Origin: Vicugna vicugna
Taxonomy: Eukaryota
Length of the DNA stretch: 64,000 bases
NCBI GenBank assembly: GCA_013265495.1
Contig: MU058017.1
Span: 443,919-507,918 of the forward strand
Direction: 5' to 3'
Position 1 is the stretch's first letter. Every line of letters begins with the position of its first letter. Below the pieces are notes generated by a model. It saw nothing but the letters and a program-made list of their open reading frames with translations, did no database searches and had not been told where the DNA came from. Made by a program: the position numbers and the translations under genes. This document shows positions 36,759 to 47,503 of this stretch, in pieces.

Positions 36759-39700
36759 GTAGGGGTGAAATCTGGAGAGAGATTGAAAAAGAAGAGTCCT
36801 CCAGAAAAAAAGAATACCATAAATAAAGAGGTCAAAATGAGGACTGGCCTAGATGAGGAATAAATTTTTTGTTTTGCAACAGAGATTTATAGTAGTGAAC
36901 AGTGCATACAGCTCCCATTGTAATTAATAAGATTCTCTTTTTTCAGTATTGTATCTTAATAGCAATAAAACTCTCAACCTTTACACCTCTAACCAAAATT
37001 TACTTCCTCACAGATGTTCCCCTCTCTTCCAAAACAGCATTTTCCATCCCAAGCCACTCTCAAATCAAACCCTTTCCCCTGCTGTGCTTTCTTCATAGCA
37101 CTAAGTCTGAAATTATAAAATTTATTTTTAACTTGGTGATTGCATGTCTCCCCACACTAGAACGAGAGTTCAACAAGACCAGGGATTCACCTCTCTAATT
37201 CACCACTCTGTCTCCAATAACCCAGAACAGTTTGTAGCAATTAGTACGTGCTTCGTAGACATCTATATCCAGTGAATGGACTGCCCTGAGAAATGCAATC
37301 AGTCAGGAGAGAATTTTGTTTGAGAGGCATGGAAAAGTCAAGAAGACAATTATGGTGAATGTTGGAGTGGTAAGATTCTCCTAAATTTCCCTTGCTTCAG
37401 GTGTGGTGAATCTCAAGCCCTGAGAAACTACAACCCTTGTGCAAGGGGGCAAGTAAGGCGCACAGAGGAGGGCTGCCCGGGAGCAGATGAGAGAGGCTTG
37501 GCCACACCACATACAACATGGACACACATGCACACTCATACGCAAACACAGACATCCTGTATTAGCCCCTTGTGAAAGGGAAAGTTGGATTTAGGGCAAG
37601 GATCGAAGGTTTAAATACTTAAACATTCTTTTGGACAGCAAGCCAAAATCTCATGGGGATCAATGTACAAATAAAATGCTGAGGAGCGTCTAAAATAATA
37701 TATATCACATTGTTCTGTTATATACATTACAGGTCACGTGAGGAAACTGAAGCTCTCTGTAGCCCTGCCCAAATACAGGGAACCATTTAGGTCAGTTCAA
37801 AACGATGAGGGCTGGCGACCCTGACACCAGAATGAATTACTGCCGTGGTTCATCTGCTCCTTCTTGCCATTTTTAACAAGCACATTTTAATGGCCATTAT
37901 TGTTTTATTCATGTTAGGTTTATCATTATTGCAGTTAACCTCACATTTACTTTGGCTCATATCCTTCTTTGAAAGTCTTTGACATTTCAGTTGGTTTTGA
38001 TTTGTCTTTTTGGTCACACTCCATTAATAATAAGTTAAATCTGAATGGTGCTTTTCAGCTGACACATTTGCAGTATCATTTGTGCCCTTGAACAGCTCTG
38101 TGAGGGAGGCAGAGATTATAGTTTCTATTTTAAAGGTAAGGAGACTGAGGCTCAGTGGAGACAACGGACTTGCCCAAGGTCATGGACGTGGAGAATGGCA
38201 GAGTTACAGCTCAGCTCCTGAACTTGTGGCTTCTTCTTCCCGTATGACAGGACACCCATCACTAAGCTGGCCTCACTGGCAAAGATCCAGGGTCCACACA
38301 CATTATGTATGTTTATGTTCCTGTGTACCTAAGTGTGCAGACACACACAACCAGTTATCAAAGATAAAAGTTAAAAAAAAATCAAATAGTGCTCACAGCA
38401 TTATTGTGTGCTCTAGCCTCAGAAAAAGAAAAAAGAGGCAGGAAAACTTACTACCACCATTTCTTCCCAGCAGGAATTCTGAGGCTGCTTTTTCCCGCCA
38501 GGTGTTTGTATAGCATTACATAAATCCAATGTTCTTTTGAGTGATTTGGGGAGAACCACCGCACCACTTTGACCACCAAAAAGATCCTCAGAGACAAGAG
38601 GGAAATGAGTAAGGATAAGTCAAGTGGTAAATTCTAACCAGGGCTCCTGTATAAACATTCAAGCTAAAACTGAACGAAGTTTATTCAAGTAAAGAACCAG
38701 AGAAACGGCAGACGGCCGACCAAAGGAGGCGGTTTTCAGGAGAGAAAGGCCAAGCCTATGAGAGGAAATAACTGTAGTAGAGCCGAGTCCCACTGGGCCT
38801 TTGGTATGCGGCTGGTCTTCTTCCAGGCATTTCGCCTCCTTCCCGTTTTCCAGGATTTCGTTAGATTGTCCTGGTTTGAAGAGTATTAAGTATAATCCAG
38901 CACATCCACTGAATTGATAGAAGGGTGAAGGACTAAGCATGCGAGCTTATTATCAAAGATGTCACCCCAAAGTTAGGCTTTAATAATTCAACTCATTAAT
39001 CCCCAAAGGTAGAATTCAGTCCCAGACTACACACGACCAGATATTACCGTGCATTTCTAGTATGGATTACCAGGTCAGCTCTCAGGTGAGTGCCTTAGAC
39101 ACTGCTTGTTAGAGCCAGATGGGACTTAGAGAGCAACTGAGTCGGGTCTAACACATGAAGGAGTTGAAGGGATCTACTCAAATACACAAAACTAAGCTGA
39201 GAAAGAAGGTCTCAAGTTCCAATCTTCTGAGTGGAAAAAAAGGAATAGTGGTGCATAATTTGTGTCTTAAATGTGCATATTCATAGAATATCCCTGGGAA
39301 AATATGAGGGAAATGGGAAATGTTGTTGCTTCGAAGAGAAGGGATTTTAGATACTAAAGAATGGAAGTGGGAGGGAAATTTACTTTTCCCCCATATCCTT
39401 TGCTGCTCACCCATAGTTTACACATCTGTCACTCCTACTCGAAAAGTATAAGCTCCTTGAGCACAGGACCCATGGACCATATTATGTTCATCTTTGTAAT
39501 CCCTGAGCAGGTGCACCAATGGGTCTGGTAAGTACTCAATAAATCACTATTGAGTACTTACAACAAATAGATCATTATTGAAAACTTACAACGGATGTTC
39601 TTTTTCTATCTAAAATAAATTTGATTATTGAGTATAAATCAGTATTAATTGGCTCTTTCCAAATGGTTTATAACAATTAATCATTCTTATAAGGACATAA

Positions 39701-40371
39701 AGTAACCGCTTTCTATCTCTTCCCATTTAGAGTACACTTGAAATAATTCTTGAAGACTCTTCTGATTTATGAAATGGAGGAAGTTTTATAAATCTTATTT
39801 ATGAAATAGAGAAAGTCCTATTTTCCTGACAGATGTTTGATTTTTCTTCCCAAAGGGGGAAAAATGATAAGTTAGCATATTTAGAAAACTTATAATGCAA
39901 TTAATTTCATAGTGGAGATTCTTATTAAATATCTTCTTAGGTGCTTTTTATTAACCAATTCTTCTGTAGCCTGTTCACTCTTGGCATTATTCTTGAATAG
40001 GATGTTGCAAAGTCAATGTACATTTTCTAAGAAGTGGAAAACTATGATCCACAATTAAGTAAGGCAGAAGCAAAGAAAACAGACTCTCAAGAGAATGGAA
40101 ATTCAATTATTTGTAGACAGAAATTTATTCAAAGTTTTGCAGAAGACATTTATATTAAATATTGTGAGAAACCTGCACTTTCACTTGTTCTCTTTCACCT
40201 ACCCCCTCTCTCCCCATCTCGCTCTATCTCCCTCCCTTCTTCCCTCCCTCTCCAGCATTATGATGACAGTCTACTTTGGATTCGGATTATGTCCTTTTAT
40301 AGCATATAAGAGCCTTGTATGTGGTGTTAGTACCAGAGAGTAACTGAGCGGACTTTGATGTGTACCACACT

Positions 40372-40402
40372 TGCCCTCTAGTGGGGATCTGTGATCCATG
40401 CA
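40372..40402 (-). promoter_or_regulatory. CTCF motif (core + upstream module)
   Basis: Minus strand TGCA-N14-CCACTAGAGGGCA; the core fits the CCACYAGRKGGCR consensus exactly. Confidence 0.7.
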
Positions 40403-41020
40403 GTTCCCTGGGCTGTTTGGTCGTCAGCCCTGGGCATTTCCAAATAGACGTTTTTTCAAGATGGTTTTTATAAACAGATAAGTCTCATTTATATTTATTT
40501 TATTAGTTGCTATTTTGCAAAGGATTCTGTTAAAAGGCTCAAAAACAGTTTATTCTTGTGAATACTTATACATCTTTATCTTATTTATACAACTAATTTG
40601 CTTTGTAAACTCCTTTCTTTCATAATACAAAGATAAACTTAATGGACCCAGATCCAATTAGCCAAATTCTAAACAAATGGCTTCATAGTATTTAATTAAA
40701 ACAAGTAAATGGCATCCCTGTATGTGCTTAATTATCAGGGTGATTTTTTTGAATGACATTTTGGGACTGTCACATGAAGTACCTTTTTACCAATTCAGAA
40801 GAGTTTTTCAGTTTTTATTGTTGTTATTGTTTGCTCTTTCAACTTTACATTTGTTTTTGACCACACCAAATCAGCCAAAGGGCATGTGACATATGAAAAA
40901 TTTCTGCCCCTGGCATAAAGACTATAAATTATTAACTGTTTCCATTTAGAATAGAATTTTGGCACTAGCTAACAAAGCCTGACTTGCCGCCAAGTTTGTT
41001 TCCTTTTGGAGAATCTATTC

Positions 41021-41500
41021 TGTTAGGATTAAATTTAGTGCAAATGTGTGGCACCCCAAATAACAGTGATTTAAAGAAGATAAATCTCTCTTGCGTAAAC
41101 AAATTCCAAACTTAAAGATTAATATATGGCGCCTCCAAGTTCAACCAAGGCTTAGATTTCTTCTAGTACGTTGCTCTACCATCCTCAATGCACAGCTTTC
41201 ACTTCATGGTCCATGGTGTCTGGTCCATTTCCTGTCCAATATATCCACATTCCAGCCATCAGGAAGGAGGAAGAGAAAGAACATGCCCACTCCTCTTTAG
41301 GATCCTTCTAAATAATGGGAAGTTGTACCCGTTACAGCTACATCCAATTTGCCAGAACTTTGTCACATGGCCACATCTAGCTGAAATGTCTTCATTCTAG
41401 GTTTGCTCTGTTCCAGCAGAAATTCAGGGGTTGCAACACAATGAGAGAGGGCAGAATTTACATTCAGGGACAACTATCAGTCCGTCCCGTAGCTTACAAT
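41021..41500 (-). mobile_element. Old MaLR LTR (MLT1J/K-like)
   Basis: aaataacagtgatttaaa...tccacattccagcca...gccagaactttgtcacatggccacatctagctg. Confidence 0.55.
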
Positions 41501-41724
41501 CCCACCAATTGCCTTCATTGGACAGAGCCTACGCTTGCCTGGTTTTCATCTCTTTGTTTTCTATTGAAAAGTAACATCTTCCTTTCCATTTGTCTTCTGC
41601 TCATGAAGTTCTGCTGATACAGACTCTGTTTCCTTTTCTTTTTCCTTCCTTCTTTCTCTCGGTAAACCCCGGTCACTTGCCTGCTGGTTTTCACCGCGTT
41701 GGTGCGTGCTTTCCTCCATAGGTG

Positions 41725-42052
41725 ATGGCTGTGCCGCCGGCGCCTCTGCAGCTGCTGGGGGTGCTGCTCATCGTTTCCCTGGGCTCCGTCAGGCTCACCC
41801 AAGCTGGTGCCTACTATGGAATCAAGCCGCTGCCACCTCAAATCCCTCCTCAGATCCCACCGCAAATTCCACAGTACCAGCCCCTGGGCCAGCAAGTACC
41901 TCATATGCCCCTGGGCAAAGATGGCCTTAACGTGGGCAAGGAGCTGCCCCACATGCAGTACGGCAAGGAGTATCCACATCTACCCCAATATATGAAGGAA
42001 ATTCAGCCGGCGCCAAGAATGGGCAAGGAAGCAGCACCTAAGAAAGGCAAAG
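41725..42052 (+). CDS. COL8A1: Collagen alpha-1(VIII), first coding exon (signal peptide + NC2 domain); exon begins at 41722
   Basis: Pyrimidine tract and ttcctccatag acceptor ending at 41721, then GTG ATG GCT. Translation MAVPPAPLQLLGVLLIVSLGSVRLTQAGAYYGIKPLPPQIPPQIPPQIPQYQPLGQQVPHMPL...KKGK matches the COL8A1 N-terminus. Donor AAAG|gtaacg follows 42052; 328 coding nt, phase 1. Confidence 0.97.
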
Positions 42053-42201
42053 GTAACGTCATACTCTGGTGTTGTTATAAAACAGCAGCTTTCCAAAATC
42101 CTAAACTATGAGATTGGGGTGGTGGTGCTAAACCTTATTTTATTTTAGCATGTGTGACTGACATTCATGAAATGCCTACTGTATTCAAAACTCTATCCCT
42201 T

Positions 42202-42335
42202 AGTAGTGATGATTACCCAGTAATATGAATGTACTCCATGCCACTAAATTGTATGCTTAAAAATGATGGAAATGTTAAATTTTGTTATGTGTATTTCACC
42301 ACAATAAAAAGATCAAAATAAAAAAATAATAAATT
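42202..42335 (+). mobile_element. Short L1 3' end fragment
   Basis: gaatgtact...gccactaaattgtatgcttaaaaatg...aattttgttatgtgtatttcaccacaataaaaa; this fragment and the adjacent SINE together are flanked by aaaactctatccctt / aaaactctaccctt. Confidence 0.75.
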
Positions 42336-42338
42336 CAA

Positions 42339-42445
42339 GGGAGGTGGGTGTAGTTCTGTGGTAAAGTGCATGCTTAGCAAATGCATGAGGTCCTGGGTTT
42401 AATCCCCAGTACCTCCATTAAAAAGAAAAAAAGAAAAAAATACTT
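42339..42445 (+). mobile_element. tRNA-derived SINE (camelid Vic-1-like) with A-tail
   Basis: gggtgtagttctgtggtaaagtgcatgcttagc..atgcatgaggtcctgggtttaatccccagtacctcca plus A-tail; degenerate Pol III A and B boxes. Confidence 0.8.
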
Positions 42446-42495
42446 AAAAAAAACTCTACCCTTGAAAAGTTCAAGTCTTAAAGAAAACTATAATT

Positions 42496-43075
42496 TGAAA
42501 AGACACATGTACCCCAATGTTCATAGCAACACTATTCACAACAGCCAAGACATGGAAATAAACTAAATGTCCATCAGCAGATGACTCGATAAAGAATATG
42601 TAGTATATATATACAATGGAATATTACTCAGCCATATAAAGAATGAAATAATGCCATGTGCAGCAACATGGATGGACTTAGAGATTATTTATTAAGTGAA
42701 GTAAGTCAGACAGAGAAAGACAAATATCATATGATATCACTAATATATGGAATAAAAAAAATCCTATTTACAACCCAAAACCAGACTCACAGACATAGAG
42801 AACAAACTATGGTTACCAAAGGGGAACGGGCAGGATGGGATAAATTAAGGGTTGGGGATTAACAGACACATATTACTATATATAAAATAAACAACAAGGA
42901 CCTACTGTATTGCACAGGGAACTATATTCAATTTCTTATAATAACATAATGGAAAAGAATCTGAAAAGGCAAAAATATATATGTATAACTGAATCATGCT
43001 GTACACCAGAAACTATCATTGTAAATTGACTACATTTCAATAAAAAATTAGAATTTAAAAAATAAAAATAGAAAA
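42496..43075 (+). mobile_element. L1 3' fragment (ORF2 end + 3' UTR + A-rich tail)
   Basis: aaaagacacatgtaccccaatgttcatagcaacactattcacaacagccaagacatggaa...aacaacaaggacctactgtattgcacagggaactatattcaa. Confidence 0.88.
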
Positions 43076-43919
43076 CATTAATTAAATGTAAAATTTTTTA
43101 AAAAGAAAATCATATGAAAGCATTTTGCAAACTAGATGCCAGATAAATGTTTTTAAGTCTGTTCTAATTGAATTGCTATATATGTCTCTCAATAATTGAC
43201 AGAGGAACCTGTAGAGTACAGGCTGCATCTGGAGATGGTACCTGAAACTCCCTCCATTACTTTCTAGGCATATTCATCAGTTATTCAACACCTGCAAAGT
43301 GCCTATCACTGTGAGAGGCACTTTCTTAAAAATTCAGTTGGTTTATCTGGCATTCTAGGAAACCCAGCATTTGTAGGAAAGGAACTGCATCAGAGTAGCA
43401 ATCCCGCTGAGGACATGGAAATCATTCCCACTGATTCTGGCAAAAGGAGGAAGCTCTACTTCTGGGGAACTACTGGGTTTGGTGCTAAGAGGCCTGGATG
43501 CCTACAGGCCAAAAGTGAGAGACACCTAGCCATTTAACCTCTCTGAAAGTATATTTCTTCATCTATAAAGTAAGATAATTGAGAGAATCAATGATGTAAG
43601 GGAAGTAGAAGTACTAAATAAATGCTATAGCACCATAAGAACTTTGAGTTGCTACAGCTGGTCATTCAACAAACCCTAAGTAAGAACAGAGTATCCTCCA
43701 GGCACATGCTAGACACCAGGATTCCTGCTGAATAAGATGTGACCCTGCCAGATGCTCTCTTGATATAGGAGCTACAAAATTCCTGCTTAGAAACAGCACA
43801 CCTTAATAGTACCATAGAATACCTATTAGCATAAAAGAAGTATTCACAGTTTCCTTCTCCTTAGCAGGTGATATTCCACTTAAGGGATTATCTTGGCCAT
43901 TTGTTTTCTTTCCTTTCTT

Positions 43920-44027
43920 TCTTTCTTTCTTTTTTTTTTTGAACTTTTTTTTTTATTGAGTAATAGTCATTTTACAATGTTGTGTCAAATTTCAGTGTAG
44001 AGCACAATTTTTCAGTTATACATGAAC
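43920..44027 (-). mobile_element. Very short, young-looking L1 3' end with poly(T) and TSD
   Basis: T-tract then ttattgagtaatagtcattttacaatgttgtgtcaaatttcagtgtagagcacaat; ttcctttctt flanks at 43910 and 44029. Confidence 0.7.
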
Positions 44028-45453
44028 CTTCCTTTCTTGAATGGTCTGCCTGGCTTTTGGCAATTCCTGTATTTATTCAGATGGGTACCAGATTGCAATT
44101 GGGGAATTTGGAAAAAATGAATTCTATGGCTCTATTCTGTTCTCTAACAGTAGCTCAGTGAAAGATACAATGGTCAGGATTAAGAGGCAATTGCTGGTTA
44201 AAATAAGACTTTGGGACCATAGATTTTATTGCTTTATGTCATTCATTACTCCCAGTAGCATGGAAGATCCAGAGCTGTATTTCTCTGCAAGGCACAGCAT
44301 AATCATTACAATAACATGTGCTTTGTATTTTAATAACCGTTCAAGAAAGCATAAGGCCTTTTACATCTATTATCTAATCTTGTAGTGTGGGTGTATTATT
44401 TTTGCTGTACAGATAGGCAAGCAGAGACACTGAAGGTGACCCACTCAAGTGAGACATTTAATTGACCAGTCAAGATCTCATTTCAAAGCAGGAAGAGAAG
44501 TTGAGCTTCCTGCTCCTAATCCCAGCTCAATTTCTTATCTATACTGCTTATCACCCTAAAATATCTTATTCACATCTCCTATTTGAAAAACCGAATTTGT
44601 AAATGAGAAATAACCTATTAAAGAATTAATATTTGAGGCTTAGGAAATCCTACAGTTTATTAAAGAAATAAAGTCATCTATTTGACTCTAGAGGACAGAT
44701 GTAGAAGATGTTATAAAGCCACATACAAAATAAAATGCTTCTGTTCTTCCCTGAATCCACATGATAATGACCTTCATCCTCTACATCACATTGTATTTCA
44801 GCACAAGAGGAAATATTATTTAGTCATAAATTATATTTAGAAAATCAAGGACATGGAAAATGCAGTCTAACATTAAAAATAGAAAAATTAAAAATGAATA
44901 ATGACTCCAACATTGTTTAAAATACACACACTATATATTTTTCATTTTTAGTATATATTATATATATATGTGTGTGTGTATAACATATATATACCTAGAA
45001 CACATGAGATGGAAATACATATAAATGTTAAGCTATTATCTCTGAGTAGTGGGTTTATAGGCAACTTTGACTTTTCTTTATCCTTTTTTGAATTCTTTAT
45101 AGTGAACATACCACATTATCTCCAAGTTTTGTATTAGGGAAAAATGTTTATTACTTTTTAGCTCTTTTACTTAACCAGCGCTGATAGAAACAGCCACAGA
45201 TACTAGTTCTCAAAACAGTATCTCAAATATGATGAAGAAATTACCAGCTGACTGTCCACGAAGTACTGATAACAGACAGTCCTGAAACCTGAACACATCA
45301 TTCCTAGTCTTTCCTCTCGACAAGTGATAGACAAATGTGTCAGAACTAAATAATGATTGAAATGAAGTGAAATACAATCAGTATTAATCTCTCTCCCTCT
45401 CTCTTTTCCTCTCTTCCTGCCTCCCTCTTTCTCTCTCTCCTGTTTCCCAGTAG

Positions 45454-47360
45454 AAATACCATTAGCCAGTTTACGAGGGGAGCAAGGTCCCCGTGGAGAG
45501 CCTGGCCCAAGAGGACCACCTGGGCCCCCTGGTTTACCAGGTCATGGGATACCTGGAATCAAAGGAAAACCAGGGCCACAGGGATATCCAGGAATTGGAA
45601 AGCCAGGTATGCCTGGAATGCCAGGAAAGCCAGGAGCCATGGGAATGCCTGGGGCAAAAGGCGAAATTGGACCCAAAGGGGAGATTGGGCCTATGGGGAT
45701 CCCAGGACCGCAAGGACCTCCGGGGCCTCACGGACTTCCTGGTATTGGGAAGCCAGGTGGGCCAGGGTTACCAGGACAACCAGGTGCCAAGGGTGAGCGA
45801 GGACCCAAAGGACCACCAGGACCTCCAGGCCTTCAGGGTCCTAAAGGAGAGAAGGGCTTCGGGATGCCAGGTTTGCCAGGCCTGAAGGGTCCTCCAGGGA
45901 TGCACGGCCCTCCTGGCCCTGTCGGACTTCCAGGAGTGGGCAAACCAGGAGTGACAGGCTTCCCTGGGCCCCAGGGCCCCCTGGGAAAGCCAGGCCCTCC
46001 AGGCGAACCTGGGCCACAAGGCCCTATTGGGGTCCCAGGAGTTCAAGGACCTCCTGGGATGCCCGGAGTTGGAAAACCAGGCCAGGACGGGATCCCAGGC
46101 CAGCCAGGATTTCCAGGTGGCAAAGGGGAGCAAGGACTGCCAGGGCTGCCAGGACCCCCAGGCCTTCCAGGGATCGGGAAACCAGGCTTCCCAGGACCCA
46201 AAGGTGACAGGGGTGTAGGGGGTGTTCCTGGGGCTCTGGGGCCAAGAGGAGAGAAAGGACCAGTAGGTGCCCCCGGAATGGGGGGTCCTCCAGGAGAGCC
46301 AGGCCTGCCTGGAATCCCAGGTCCCATGGGCCCTCCAGGTGCAATTGGTTTTCCAGGACCCAAAGGAGAAGGTGGGATTGTGGGGCCACAGGGACCACCA
46401 GGTCCCAAGGGTGAGCCAGGGCTTCAAGGCTTCCCAGGAAAGCCAGGTTTCCTTGGTGAAGTGGGGCCCCCGGGCATGAGGGGTTTGCCAGGTCCCATAG
46501 GGCCCAAGGGGGAAGCTGGTCACAAAGGTTTGCCAGGGCTCCCCGGTGCCCCAGGGCTGCTTGGACCGAAGGGAGAACCAGGAATCCCGGGGGATCAGGG
46601 TTTGCAGGGCCCTCCAGGCATCCCAGGGATTGCAGGACCGAGTGGTCCCATTGGACCACCTGGAATTCCAGGCCCCAAAGGGGAACCGGGCCTCCCAGGC
46701 CCTCCTGGGTTCCCTGGAGTAGGGAAGCCTGGAGTAGCAGGACTACATGGCCCCCCAGGGAAGCCTGGTGCCCTTGGTCCCCAAGGCCAGCCTGGCCTTC
46801 CAGGGCCCCCAGGCCCTCCCGGCCCCCCAGGTCCCCCAGCTGTGATGCCCCCAACACCACCACCCCATGGAGAGTATCTGCCTGATATGGGGCTGGGAAT
46901 TGATGGAGTGAAACCCCCCCACGCCTATGGTGCTAAGAAAGGCAAGAACGGAGGGCCAGCCTATGAGATGCCTGCATTTACCGCTGAGCTGACTGCACCT
47001 TTCCCACCTGTGGGGGCCCCCGTGAAGTTTGACAAACTGCTCTATAACGGCAGACAGAACTACAACCCACAGACGGGCATCTTCACCTGCGAGGTCCCCG
47101 GGGTCTACTACTTTGCATACCATGTTCACTGCAAGGGGGGCAACGTGTGGGTTGCTCTGTTCAAGAACAACGAGCCCATGATGTACACGTACGATGAGTA
47201 CAAGAAGGGCTTTCTGGACCAGGCGTCCGGGAGTGCGGTGCTGCTGCTTCGGCCCGGAGACCGCGTGTTCCTCCAGATGCCCTCTGAACAGGCTGCGGGA
47301 CTGTATGCTGGGCAGTACGTCCATTCCTCTTTTTCAGGATATTTATTGTATCCCATGTAA
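45454..47360 (+). CDS. COL8A1: Collagen alpha-1(VIII), terminal coding exon (end of NC2, triple helix, NC1/C1q domain); alternative acceptor starts the exon at 45451
   Basis: Long pyrimidine tract then cag/tag. The phase-1 join reads [19 protein letters not shown], in frame with the 583-aa ORF at 45609-47360 ending ...[12 protein letters not shown]. 328+1907=2235 nt, i.e. 744 aa + stop, the known human COL8A1 length. Confidence 0.97.
45477..46838 (+). other. COL8A1: Triple-helical COL1 domain (454 aa: 146 Gly-X-Y triplets + 8 Gly-X-Gly imperfections)
   Basis: Counted from the translation: GHG, GIG, GIG, GFG, GVG, GVG, GIG, GVG interruptions, the pattern known for type VIII/X short-chain collagens. 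Confidence 0.92.
46956..47357 (+). other. COL8A1: C1q (gC1q) trimerisation domain of NC1
   Basis: PAFTAEL...[10 protein letters not shown]...[21 protein letters not shown]...[18 protein letters not shown]...SSFSGYLLY are canonical C1q motifs. Confidence 0.93.
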
Positions 47361-47497
47361 AAAAGAAAAAAGAGAGAGATATAATAGAAGAAAAGAAAAT
47401 GATGCACCAAAACATCCAAATGAAAAACGTAATTGCTTCAAAACATTTATATAGTTGGAAAGTTATATTTAAGTGAAAATTTGAACCATCATGTACA

Positions 47498-47503
47498 AAT
47501 AAA
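47498..47503 (+). terminator. Proximal polyadenylation signal AATAAA
   Basis: AATAAA directly preceded by TGTA (47492), followed by GT-rich tgtttagtg; 138 nt after the stop. Confidence 0.65.

Noticed and set aside
41515..41979. 154-aa minus-strand ORF across the first coding exon
   Set aside because: Antisense shadow of a GC-rich exon running into the pyrimidine tract; no recognisable domain.
42339..42417. tRNA-like sequence
   Set aside because: Degenerate A/B boxes, no clean cloverleaf and an A-rich tail: a SINE, not a tRNA gene.
45768..47419. Long antisense and alternate-frame ORFs (251, 279, 193, 121 aa) over the collagen exon
   Set aside because: Shadows of GGN-CCN-rich Gly-Pro codons and the GC-rich C1q region, which lack stops in other frames; no independent gene signals.
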